In this document: positions 25,452 through 46,808 of the stretch, one piece after another
How positions within the stretch are numbered: the stretch's first letter is position 1
How the letters are laid out: the number at the start of each line of letters is the position of its first letter
Assembly: GCA_051294375.1 (NCBI GenBank)
Contig: CM119270.1
Location: forward strand, 16,557,693-16,621,304
Length of the DNA stretch: 63,612 bases
From: Paraspadella gotoi
Taxonomy: Eukaryota; Animalia; Chaetognatha
Direction: 5' to 3'
Position numbers and translations under genes: made by a program
Notes under the pieces: model-generated
What the model saw: the letters and a program-made list of their open reading frames with translations, nothing else
What the model was told of the DNA's origin: nothing
Databases searched by the model: none

Positions 25452-26260
25452 GCTGAAAAGATAGAGACGGAGACGGTTTTAAAAGTCAATGGGCCCAGTG
25501 ATTACGGTTCCATCCGAGACTTTCTCGTCCTAAAAACTTCGACTTCGTATTGAAGTTAATCTCCTTTTAATTTTGAGAGAAAACCGTAAAAGTCATCGTC
25601 GTCGTCGTCGTCGTCGTCGTCGTCTTCGATGCTATTATATCGTCATCGGCGTCATCTTCGTCTTCCATGTCTTTTTCGTCTCTTGTTGTCGTTGTTATAC
25701 TCTCGCTGAATCGAGTCTCGTAGGATTAATTATTTCCGAGTTTGCTTACATTCACCGCCGCCTTGGTTGAAGCGTTTTGTATTATATATTATTATATATA
25801 ATAGCATTATATATTATATCGCGTCGTCAAGGCAACATCACCGACATTTCGGATGCACCGGCGCCGTCAAGGCCCCGCTCCGGCATCCCCGCGTTTTTGC
25901 ATGGGACTCTACAAGACTTCGCTAGAGGAACATTATATCGCAGGAGACTCAGCCTCACCTAAAGTAAAATCGAATCGGAGGATCGGGTAAACTCCGCAGA
26001 ATCGGAATCACTGGTTTGTGATCGGTCGAGGAAGAACCCGTGGCTTTGCCTTTGCCTGTACCTGTGCCTGTGCCTGTGCCTGTGCCTTTGCCTGTGCCTT
26101 TGCCTTTGTCTTTAGGGACCACACATTTGTGGGCGTCTGTTATCGGTTTATAATGTGATATAATGTTTGTGTCGTACAGATTATTTTTACTCTTGCATTT
26201 TCGTGATGTACTTTTTGTTTTCGTCTTTTGTTTTTATTAGTGTCTATATATGTTTACTAA

Positions 26261-26866
26261 GGCGTAGTAAAATTCCTAAATACAACTTTAATTAAAATTC
26301 TAAAAGTGAGGAACGAACAACATTATACTAATGAACATTTATGTAATAAAAAAATTTAGAATAATATTTACAATTTACGCAGTAGGCCATATTTATACTA
26401 GTACTAAACCAATAAATGTTAAAATTTCAAAACAGTTTTTTTAAAGATTTTTTTGCAGATATTGATTCGTCATAAAAAGTTGATAAAAAGAAATATAACT
26501 CTTTTTGAAAAATTCCTTTATTAAGTGAGTCAAAAATTAGAAAAAGCTATATTTTAAGCTGAAAATTAACTTTTTATATATTAAATATAGTTTTTTTAAT
26601 TTTGAACCCACTTAATGAAAGAATTTTTAAAAATAATTTATATTTTCTTTTATCAACTTTTGATAAGGAATTCAAATCTGCAATCAAAATTAAGAAAAGC
26701 CTATTTTGAAATTTTTCGATTTTATAAGGATAGTACTATATAAAAATATAGCCTACTGCGAAAATTAAAAAACATAAAATTATTTTTTTTTACAAATTAA
26801 TGTTCACTGATGGTATGTTGTTCATAATTGACTTTTAGAATTTTCGTATGCAACTTTCACTAGGCC
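26261..26866. mobile_element. Foldback/MITE: ~600-bp imperfect palindrome with Kolobok-like (TTAA)GG...CC(TTAA) ends
   Basis: Mirror pairs: aaattctaaaagt/acttttagaattt, gaacaacat/atgttgttc, cgcagtaggc/gcctactgcg, aaaagttgataaaa/ttttatcaactttt, attaagtg/cacttaat. Ends ctaa|ggcgtagt and actaggcc|ttaa. Confidence 0.75.
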
Positions 26867-27508
26867 TTAATGTTTATGTATATATGCGTATGTGTGTATA
26901 TATAATGTTGATGTTAGTTTTTTATTTCTATTATTAGCATTGTGGTCCCTCTGCCCTTTACTCTAACACGTTATATTCATACATTATTGGGTACACATGT
27001 TCTCCACTTATAACGTTTTTATAAAGTTTTATAACGTTTTCGTTTTCGTTTTTACCTTTTATTTTAGAAAGGTTATTATTTCGCAAATTACAGTTTAACA
27101 TTTTGTTCACGTTTATTATGTGTTATATGTTATATGTTTTGATGTTAGTATTTTTTTTATATTTTTGTGATCAGTGTAATTTTTATTTGTTTAATGTTTT
27201 CCAGTCTTTTTATGCTGTTATTGATACCGTTTTTGTTATTAATAAAAAAATTGTACAATGTGCAATTGTGCATCTTTGCATACTCCCTTCCCTCGAGAGA
27301 AAATTTGCCTTAAATTCCTGCTCATTAGGAAGGTTTGAGTTCTAAGGAAATATTTTACGTTAAAGTTGATATACTGTATGCTTTACAGGGCTCATCCTCC
27401 TGATTAATGTACAATCATAACGTAACTGTTAAAAATTTCACTTAACTCGTCCGTGACGTTTTAATCCCATCTCAACACGCTCGTCGCGTCTCTAACCCGC
27501 CGGAGTTT

Positions 27509-27544
<36 letters not shown>

Positions 27545-27771
27545 CTCTCCGTCGCCAATCTTCAAATGAAGGAATTTTATTGTTCCTCTTTTCATAAAAA
27601 CTTCACTCTCGGTTTTAAAAATGTCCGCTTGTCTTCGTCGGTTTCTTCTTTCGCCGACAAATTTGGTTTTTCTTCGATCTTTTTAAAGTCGTCGCCTTTT
27701 TGATCCAAAGATTCTATGATTGTTTGCTTTAATAGGGTGGCTACTTTTATATATTTTATCTCTATTTCTGT

Positions 27772-27835
<64 letters not shown>

Positions 27836-28882
27836 TTATCTTTCTTTTTTCTTTTTTAATATTTCCATTTCTTTTTCTCTTTCAGTATCACTTTCTATCT
27901 ATTCTTCTTTCTTTTTTTTCTTTTTTCTCTTTCTTTCTTTCTTTCCTTTCCTCTTTCTTTTTCATTCTGTCTTCTTTTCATAACCATTTTTTCTATAATC
28001 TTTTTCTTTCTATATTTTTTTTCTCGCCAATTTGTCCACTCTACCATCATTTCTCACATTCTCTACCTTCACAACAACGCGACAGTCTCGACCGGCTTCT
28101 CAAACTTCAAATCTCCTCCTCCCGGTGACTATTTTCATGACGCTGAATACAAGAACGCCATCTCCACGCCGCGCTCGGCATGTGGCGTCGAGAGCGAGGA
28201 TGTGACGCGATTAAAGGGCGACGATGACAACGACAAACACGACGACGACCACGACGACGGTGTCAGCGACGACCACGACGAAGACGACGACGACGACCAG
28301 AAACTCAGCTGGACGAAAGAAAAAAAGGGAGAGGAAAAATAATTATGACGACGACAACGACGACGACGACGATCAAAAAAGGTGAACGACAACAAAGTAA
28401 CATTTTTGATACACCTAATTAAACGTTTAACCGCGGTTTTCAGTCAAGAGTTGACTGGTAGCTAAGCTTGCTTTCCATGGTCACTGTTTTAAATTGTCTT
28501 TTCTTTCCTTTTTGGCCAAAGAATAAAAAAAAATTGAAACCACATTATTTTCACGAAAAAGTTTTCAATAATGACCAATAAATATATTTATCAAATATAA
28601 AAGCAAGTTTCATGTTACGCTTACCATATGACTTACCGAAAATGAAAATTATGAAAACAATGAAGAGAACGACGACGACGACGACGACGACGACTGTCAG
28701 GTTGACGACAACATGAGCGACCCAAACGAATGACGGGAAAAATTGAGCCGCAGAGGAAATTGACCGAAAGAAAAAAAGAAACCATGTTTGAATTCCACCA
28801 ATTGTTTTTTCCCCTGTGGAGTAGTGAAGGGAGGAGGAGAGAAGAGAGAGAGAGAGAGAGACGAGAGAAGAGAGGAGAGAGA

Positions 28883-28930
<48 letters not shown>

Positions 28931-28995
28931 AGAGAAGAGGAATAGCAAGGGATGATGGTGAAGACCTTTAGAGAGAGAGAGAAGGAGGAGAGAGA

Positions 28996-29038
<43 letters not shown>

Positions 29039-29386
29039 TGAGTGAGAGAGACGCAGTGAATGGGGGCTGTCGTGAAAGAGTGAGAAGTGAAGATGGTGTT
29101 TTGAAAGAGAAAGGGAACGCTCGAAGTCGTGATGGAGTTGGGGAATATATTTCGATGGATTTGAAAATGAGAAAGAAAAAACGAAAATAAAATAATCCCA
29201 TTGTTACAAGAAAAACGATGAAAGGCAAAGAAAAGGTTTAAGAAAAGAGGCGAAGTCTGATCAATTGACTTATTTTGGTTTAAGAAATTAATTAATTGAA
29301 ACAAAAGAACGAATTAAGGTGGACGACGTGATGTTAATGAAAAAGAGGAAAAACAATCAAAAAGAACTCTTTTTTTCCCTTTTAGT

Positions 29387-29422
<36 letters not shown>

Positions 29423-29528
29423 TTTTCTTCCATGCTGGTTCATGACGACGGGAGGCGTCGACGTCAGAAAAATTTTGAGACATTCAGGAATTTCGACGCG
29501 AAATTGTGGGATATATTTTTTCATTCAT

Positions 29529-29599
<71 letters not shown>

Positions 29600-31442
29600 G
29601 TCTTTCTTTCTTTCTTTCTGTCTTTCTTTCTTTCTTTCTTTCTCCCTTTTTTTCTTTCTTTCTCTAGTTTCACTGTCGCTTTTTTATTTTCATTTTATTT
29701 TATTATCTTCTATATAGTTTTTTTATTTTCTTAATTTCTAGTTCCCTCATAAAAATTCAAGTCTTTTTTATGTCATTCTCCCGTTTTTAATTGGATTCTC
29801 TCCTCGGATTCCCGACCAAAAAAAATCTTCACTAAATTTATCGTGGTTGTCCTTTTTTCTGATTTCGTGTTCTTCCCTTCTCACAACTTCCTTAATTGCT
29901 GGTTTTCCTTTTTTTTTCTCTTTTTTTTTTTCAAGAAAGCGGCAAATAAATTCGTAGAAATTAGATTCATTGGCAATTTCTTAGGGAGGCTTGTCTGTAC
30001 ATTCATTCGATTTGTTAATTGTATTTCATTAATTTGAAACTGTAGTAGGGCCCTAAATGTTTCTTTTTCGAGGATAAAAAACTCTCGATTTCTAGTTGCT
30101 TCAAAAAACGAGCGGACAAATCCGATGGTTGGCAATTTGCTATTGCGGATGCTCTTAATTATTTAAAATTAATCAAAATAAATGTTTAAATAACTGAAGA
30201 AAAAAATAAAAGTACACAAAAGTGATAAAAAAAACATGAAGTAACTCATGTTTTAAGTCAACTTTTATTATTTTAAGTTTTAAATTGTCAACTTTAATGT
30301 CTTTAATACTTTTCTGACTATTGCTATATGCAAATGTATTTAAGATTAAAACTCAGAAAAAAAATATCGAATAGAAGAAGAAAGTCGAGGAAGAAAACTA
30401 ACATACAATTTTTCTTATTTTATTCATGGTCTAACCCTGTCCCAGATTTAACCTTTAATAATACCTGGTTAAACTTTAGACTTTTACGGACTTATTAGTC
30501 GAGATTCTCATTGGCGCTTTCGTCGCCGCCGCCACCGCCGCCGCAGCCGCCGCAGCCGCCGCAGCCGCCGACTTCTCGACCTTGGTAAGTCTCTCTCCAA
30601 CGCCGCCGGAGAAAGACGATCGCCCATGACTCACCCGCCGATTTTACGGTGAGGTTCTTGACGCGGCGACACAAAAGTGGGAAGAAAGAAATGAGGAAAT
30701 TCGATTTTTAATGACCTCAACTTTTTTCTCTCTCTCGAGGGGTTGAGAAGGGGTCGAGAGGGAGTCGAAGGGTGTCTTAGAGGGGCGCGGAAGGGGGAGG
30801 TAATCATTCACGACGGGTGATTCTTTGATTAGACTGATTTTTAGGTAAGGACGAGTCGATCATCGAACGCGGCTCGGGTAAGTCAAGATCAGAAATGAGG
30901 AATTTAGTTTTGAAGTTGAGGAAGGAAGATAATTCTGGATTTTGACGTGGTTTACAATACGTATATTACAATACAATACAATACTATACAAGTCCCGGTG
31001 ATATCTCCTGCATTTACAAACATAAGAATAAAAGAAGATTGATTGATCTTTTAGTTTTTCCTTTTAGTTCAAATTTTGAAAAAAAAAACTTTCAACCATA
31101 GCCTATGGCATAGAGAGAGATGATTGATATGTTTTATCAACGGAATTTCCAATCGATTGCCATCTCAGTCTAAAATATGGAACGAGAATTAAGAGAATTT
31201 AAATGGTTATTTATGTTTATTTTGTTTGTTTACCTTTAGAGCAACCAATATGATATAATTACAAACATTTATTTGCTTAAAAGCAACCAAACGACGTTGC
31301 CACCTCAGAGATCAGATATGGAAAAAGTTAAAAATAAATAAATAAACCAAAAAAACGACGATGAAAAGAAAATGTTTTCGGTACAAGATGATTATCTCGG
31401 GAAAGCGCGACTTTATCGAAACCGATCTCTCTCTCCGGCGAG

Positions 31443-36145
<4,703 letters not shown>

Positions 36146-36209
36146 ACTTCTCCGCTCTCTAACCGTCGAATGGTTTTCTCTATTTCGTTTTAAAAGAGAG
36201 AGAGAGAAG

Positions 36210-36273
<64 letters not shown>

Positions 36274-36417
36274 GAACAACCCTGTAGCCACGAATCTCCG
36301 TCGAGAATCGGATAATCAGCCTGTAATCGGCGTCGACAACACGGAGAACCCATTTCGCGGTAAAAGGCAGAAAAGAAACGATAGAGAGAGATGAGAGAGA
36401 GAGAGAAGAGAGAGAAG

Positions 36418-36463
<46 letters not shown>

Positions 36464-36636
36464 GAGAGAGAGGGGGCTTTCCAGTCCATGAGGGAAAAAG
36501 GTTGTTCTATATTGGATGAGACGCAATGAAGCTGGAGGGAATGGGAAGAGAAAAGGAGGAGGAGGAGGAGGAGGAGCAAGATCAACTAAAATTGGTTGTT
36601 TTTCGTCCGAAGCATCGAAAAAAAATATTGAACGAA

Positions 36637-36672
<36 letters not shown>

Positions 36673-37671
36673 AACGACGACGAAACAAAGAAAATGAAGA
36701 AAAGTTGATCTCCAAGAAAAAGATATATAAAATTTATTCTTAGCAGAATTTCAATTTTGTATTATCAATAGTTAGATTGTATAGAGTTTTCAAAACAAAT
36801 TAATCATTTCGAGTAACGGATTAGCGACTTCGTCGAACCACAGCCGCTGTCAAGATGTTTGGGAAAAACACAACTCGAAGACAACATAATTATGTGCCTG
36901 TCATCAACCTCAACACATATCCACCAATATCAGATGCTTCATAAAGAGCCACTTTCGTAATTACTTTTGCTTAGCTGTTTCAGTTGTTCAAACCGAATCT
37001 AAACGAAAAAAAACACCGACTCTTGCTGCGAAAGTGACTGCATACAAAATTCGCGTTTCTTTCAACGATTTTCGTTGCTAAGAAACGAGACTCTCTCATC
37101 GCAACAAGAAGAGAAGAGAAGAGAGAGGAGCTAAATCGAAGGGGAAGGGAGACTGGAGATGGGGGCAATTTGAAAAGGAGAAAGGTTGGCGACGAGAAAG
37201 AGGAAAGGATAAGAAACAGAAATGGAACGAGAGAAAGTAGGTGTTTGAGAGAAAATGGGGGTTTCATGGAAATGTGAGAAAAAAGGGGTTTTGTAAGAAA
37301 GTGGGGAAAAAGAGGAAAATTTAAGGAAAAGGTTATATTAAAAAAAAATTGACTTTTAATCATTGTTTCTCGGGGTCACAATGATTTCCTTTTTCTATTT
37401 AGAATTAAAAACAAATCATTTTCGTCTTTTTCTCTTCGAAGTCCTCATCCTTTTTTATTTCCTAACCTCCATTATTCTTTCTTTAAATTTAACTTTTTTT
37501 TTCCACGATAGATTCAAAGCAGCGTCATCAAGACTCTTGCGTATAAATTCAAGGAATAAAATTTATTTTCAATTAATGTCTCTTTTCTAGTAAATCCACC
37601 GTCTACAACTTGACATTCTCGGCGTCAACACTTTCGTCGAATTCAATCGAATTGTTTCGTTGTCAAATTCT

Positions 37672-37702
<31 letters not shown>

Positions 37703-37950
37703 TGCGGTTTCTTGAAAAACGCCAATTACTTGTTTTCTCCTCCCGAAATAAGAATCGACGGGATTTTCTCGGGGGTCGATTTCGTCGTCGTCGTCGTCGT
37801 CGTCGTCGTCTTCATCGGCTTCGTCCTCCTCATCGCTGCTTCGACCGAAAGATTCTCCCGATTTCTTCTCTCTCCTCTTCCTCTTCCTCCTCCCATTGAT
37901 TCTCTCGTTGAATCTTTTCCCCCGTCGAAATATAGAAACCGAACGAACCG

Positions 37951-37982
<32 letters not shown>

Positions 37983-38019
37983 GGTCGTTTTTTCTTGCGT
38001 TGGAACCCCGTTACGTCGA

Positions 38020-38056
<37 letters not shown>

Positions 38057-38311
38057 ATAAATAGACTCGCGTCTCCCACTTCCCTTCACTTCTCCCGTTT
38101 TTCGCGATTTTTTTTTCACGAAAATTCGAAAAATTAATTCTAAAACAGATTTTTTTTTACCACGAAATAAAAATTTCGACTTTCAAATTTCTCGTCATTA
38201 ATATTAATCTCCGCCACAACAAACATTCGACGATTAATCACGAGATTGAACTAAATATTTCTAGAAACGAGAGACATCGTCTCTATCTCCATCTTCGTCT
38301 CCATCTCGCTC

Positions 38312-38410
38312 ATTGGCGCGACCGAGACTCCATCTTTTTTTTTCCGTCTCGCTCTCTCACTTTCTCCGATTTTCCCCCAAATAAATCGCCAATCTTCGAT
38401 CGATATAAAA
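38312..38410 (+). promoter_or_regulatory. Candidate Fezf core promoter (CCAAT boxes and TATAAAA)
   Basis: attgg at 38312, ccaat at 38389, TATAAAA at 38404-38410, about 95 nt upstream of the ATG. Motif evidence only. Confidence 0.3.
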
Positions 38411-38429
38411 CTCACCACAGAAAACTTAA

Positions 38430-41800
<3,371 letters not shown>

Positions 41801-42117
41801 GAAGATTTGATTTGATTGATTGAATGATTGATTGATTGATGGATTTGCTTGATTGATTTGCTTGATTGACTTGCTTGGATATCTCCCCTTCATTTTTCGC
41901 AAACCCTTTCTGCCCTTTCTACCGTTAACTTATGTAAATATTTTTTTTTCCACCGAATTTTACCACGATGCTGACTGCGTTAGTAACTGAGACGCCATTT
42001 AATTATCCATTTTTTTATTTTATTATCATTTAACTATTTGTTAAGCCGAATATTTATTAAAAGTTGCGTCGGTGATCCCGATCCTTCTTTCTCATTTTTC
42101 AAAAGGCGTCGATCTTA

Positions 42118-42191
<74 letters not shown>

Positions 42192-42236
42192 ATCTCTCTC
42201 TTCTCTCTCACACACACAAAAAAAAATTAATTCGGC

Positions 42237-42242
42237 AATAAA
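42237..42242 (+). terminator. Candidate Fezf polyadenylation signal AATAAA
   Basis: First canonical AATAAA seen after the stop codon, about 440 nt downstream. Confidence 0.4.
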
Positions 42243-43073
42243 CGCAATAGTTCGTATGTCAACATCTGTGATTTTCGTGAAGTAAAATTATAAACTCGAA
42301 TTAAGAATTTGTTAACTATTTCCTCGCCCACTGTTTCGAATTGATTAATTAGATTAGCGTTATTTATATATTATTCCCCATTCCTCTCCCCACTAATTGA
42401 AAAAAAAACGCTCTTTCTCCCCCTCCCACGGAAATGTAGTTAATTATATTTCTCTGTCCCTTTGTCAATGGTTAAATTGTAAATTGACCCGGATGGCATA
42501 TTATTTTGACTTGGACCCTTTCGCCAAACGAATAAGATTATTATTCTGCACATTTGTCTTTATTATTTAATAGCTTTTGTAGATATTTGATTATTGATAC
42601 GTGTTCGCCATAAAATTACGGAGTCATGCAATCTGATGAATACAGTCAATACATTTTGAATTATGATACAAAAAGTGTTTTACTAAATCTCTGACACAGC
42701 TGACAGCCTGATTAGTTATACGATTCGTATCTTTTGTGAGTTAGATTTTCTTGGTTACATTTCTAAAAAATAATCAACGGCTGAATAAGTGTTTGGTCTG
42801 TTCGTACATATAAAATTATTTACTTGATAGATTGCTCCGAGTAATTAAAAATCGTTTGAGATTTAGTATCAATAAAGATGTCAGAGGGAGAGACGGACGG
42901 ACGGATACTGATCTTTTGCATGTCGGACTCTGTGATGTTTAAAACTCGGAAACCCAAAAAAAAAGAAGTTTGAGAGTAAAAAAGAATAAAATGTTTAGAA
43001 TTCTTATCGTTTGATAAGAAAAAGCTAATGGAAGCTTTTCTCTCGTTGGATTGCAAAAGTCTTCTCTCTCTCT

Positions 43074-43152
<79 letters not shown>

Positions 43153-43237
43153 AGCAATGGATTTCGTTCCTTCTTCCGATGATGAATGTTTTTTCGTAGC
43201 TTCGTCCTTCACGACGTCACGCGAGGACGCGAACGAC

Positions 43238-43275
<38 letters not shown>

Positions 43276-43406
43276 GAGCGAGGTGTGAGGATAACTGGGG
43301 CAAGCAATAGTGCGAAAGCGCGAGAGCGAGTCAGAGTGAGAGCGAGAGAGGGAGAACGTTCACGAGAGAGGTGAGAGTGAATCACTCTCGTTTGGTGGGG
43401 CGAGAG

Positions 43407-43479
<73 letters not shown>

Positions 43480-44593
43480 GAGAGAGAGAGAGAGGGAGAG
43501 AGAGAGAGAGACGATTAGCTTTTCAAGGGTGGTTCCAAGGTGAGCATCAAAGCTTTAAAACTTCTTGAAAAAAAGATTTTAGTATTTTCCTTGCATAACT
43601 CTTAGCTTTTCACTTTAAGTGTAGTCGAGTATTAATTAGTATTACTAATTTTACTATGCCAAATACTATGCCAAATACTATGCCAGAGTTTCTACGTCGA
43701 TAGAAAATTTGGAAGGATGATTCACACTGTGATGACGTGAGGCGACCGGACGTCTTTTGTTTTCTTTATGTTGTTTATGTTTTGTTACCTCGTTTGTCCT
43801 CTCGCTCTCGCTCTCTCTCTCTCTGTCTCACTTCCGGTTTAAGGAACTCGACCGCCTTCTCGTCTGCGTCATTTTTATTTACGTCGACGGTTCACTTTTT
43901 GTTTGTGGAACCAAACGAGAACAAGGAAAAAGCAACTCTNNNNNNNNNNNNNNNNNNNNNNNNNNNNNNNNNNNNNNNNNNNNNNNNNNNNNNNNNNNNN
44001 NNNNNNNNNNNNNNNNNNNNNNNNNNNNNNNNNNNNNNNNNNNNNNNNNNNNNNNNNNNNNNNNNNNNNNNNNNNNNNNNNNNNNNNNNNNNNNNNNNNN
44101 NNNNNNNNNNNNNNNNNNNNNNNNNNNNNNNNNNNNNNNNNNNNNNNNNNNNNNNNNNNNNNNNNNNNNNNNNNNNNNNNNNNNNNNNNNNNNNNNNNNN
44201 NNNNNNNNNNNNNNNNNNNNCAAGTGAACCTGCAGCTATGGAACCGTGAAACTCTTTTATCCCGTCTGAGCGAGACTTCACCACGGTTTCACTCGGTAAG
44301 AATCTTTATTGTTCTTCTGTTTTGGTGAAAGAAAGAAAGAACGTTTGAATATGTTATTGTTTACCTTTTTTCTTTACGCTCACAGAAAAAATCTTTTCAC
44401 CCANNNNNNNNNNNNNNNNNNNNNNNNNNNNNNNNNNNNNNNNNNNNNNNNNNNNNNNNNNNNNNNNNNNNNNNNNNNNNNNNNNNNNNNNNNNNNNNNN
44501 NNNNNNNNNNNNNNNNNNNNNNNNNNNNNNNNNNNNNNNNNNNNNNNNNNNNNNNNNNNNNNNNNNNNNNNNNNNNNNNNNNNNNNNNNNNNN

Positions 44594-44624
<31 letters not shown>

Positions 44625-46808
44625 GGATCAGCGTGAACCGGCTAAACGGATAGGAGAGCTCACAGTTAAGATGTAAATCTCTTGAGGAGTGAATTTTGTT
44701 TTTGCGATTTCGAAACTTGAGAAGATGATCTGCGAAAATCTGCTTCACCCCTTGAGCCTTCGCCATTCACCATTCACCCCAATCACCATAGACCATTTCT
44801 TAACTCGGTTCATCCTTCTTAAATTTCACCACATCTTTCACCTCCCCCCCACCTAACATCAACCACCCCCAAGCCTCGTTCCCTCTTTCCACTCCGCCCA
44901 CGCTAATCCCAACCCAACGAAAAATATTTTATTCCCACGCGCTACCCTCATTTCGTCGGTTTTAAAACCGACTGCAGTATAAAACACACGTTTCCAAAGC
45001 CCAAAAAGAAAAAAGCCGTCAAAAACGCTTAATCTTAATGAAAAAAATATACTTTATCTCGCTCTCTCTCTCTCTCTCAATCTTTCTACTAGCAAAATCA
45101 ATCTCACATCTCTCTCTTACTCTCTCTACTCAAATCTCTCTCATACTTCTCGTCTCTCTCTCTCCTCTCTCTCGATCCCGAAACCGTCTCAGGTGCCAAC
45201 ATTTCGCATAACGGAAGGAAGACGAGAGAGGAAAAAAACAAAAAGGAAACTAGGATTTGGCCACCGCAGGAGTTTTCGGAATAAAGAGACGATGTGGTTG
45301 GAAAATTAAGGAAAAGGAAGAAATGAGAGATCAACATATTGAGAAGAGAACTTAAGCCAGTGGTAAAACAGGTTGGGTGAAGGTAAGGGTATGGATAAAC
45401 ATATGGGTAAGATACAGCGGAAAATCTCGATGGATCCTTAAAATTGCTCTTTCTACTAAATTTTGGTTATGGTTTTTATGGGAAAAAAACAAAAAACGTT
45501 TTCTTTTTCACGTCTTTTTAAGGCGCTCAATAGTGAGTGTCCGCCCACCCAATCAAACTAACTCTTCTCTCTCTCTCTCTCTCTCTCTCATCCCTCTCTC
45601 CTCCTCGTCTCTCTCTCCTCTCTCTCAATCTCTCTACTCTCTACTCTCTCTCATAAATCACTCGGCACCACGACAGCGGAATTCCGCACTGCTGACGACT
45701 TTGAAACTTGGAGCGGAAAAAAATATACGAGTCAGTATATATCGGAGATGTGGTTGGGGTGGAGGTTTCAGGTCATGATTTTAGGGACGAAGATATTGGC
45801 AAATCGAAGTCAAGAATCTCTGTGAGATTCGAAGAACTTGAATGAAAAACTTTTTGCCTCATACGGGGGAAAGTCGTTTTTAAGTTTACACATACGAGTT
45901 TTTTAAATTATACGAGATTCGGTTGTTTTAACCCTAAATATTGTTTTTGTTGATCCTCTCTCGGATCATTTTTTTTTTCGGGAATTTGTACATTAAAAAA
46001 TTATGATTCTTTTACTTTGTACAACGAGGGATGCGTCATAGCCTATTTAATAATATTTGAAGGAAATAATTATCAAAGCCTTTTCTTCGTTTTACTATCC
46101 TGTCAAAACATTTCGTACCTATTTTTGTGTTTTCCGATTTTGATCCGTAATTGTTATCGAGGAAAGTCGTGCGTTCGTCGTCGTCGTCGTCGTTTCGTCG
46201 TCTTTCTTCTCGCGGAATGATCATGTTTAACTGTTTTCGATATATATTGAACGTTTAATCTCTTAATGGAAAGGAGAATAAAGAGGAGGAGGAGTGAAGG
46301 GAAAGGAGAAGAGCGCGAGAAACAAGAAAAATCACAGAGTCAAAGTCAAATTAGGAATGAAAAGGGACGAGTTAGGAGAAAAAAAAGTACTATTAAACAT
46401 TTAAATAAACAGGGCAAAATTACGTTTTTTAAATATTTATACTATTTTTTTTAGTAAAATTGGCTGTTGAGAGGTTTAATTCATTGCCCTATTGAGGTTC
46501 GTTAACGTAAAAAAAAAAAAGACATCCCTTTTCGTCTCCAAAAAAAAAAAATCTTTAACTTCACATTTGTGATGCAATGAATTTTCTTTGGAAAGTCTTT
46601 CATTTCCACTCTTTTCGTCCAGTGAAAAGAGAAGGTGAGAAATGAACAAGAGATGAAAGTTGTTAAAAATATATTAAAGATTAATTCAATGTTTAGAAAT
46701 ATATAAAGGATAGATTTAAAAATACATAGTCTGAAGATTTATTTATTTATTAATAAAAAAGCCTCTAAACAACTTGAAAGGAAACCTTTAGAGTAACCCA
46801 CGCTCAAC

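Noticed and set aside
28136-28345. Acidic open frame (HDAEYKNAIS...DDDD)
   Set aside because: Driven by GAC repeats, with no clear splice signals or recognisable homology.
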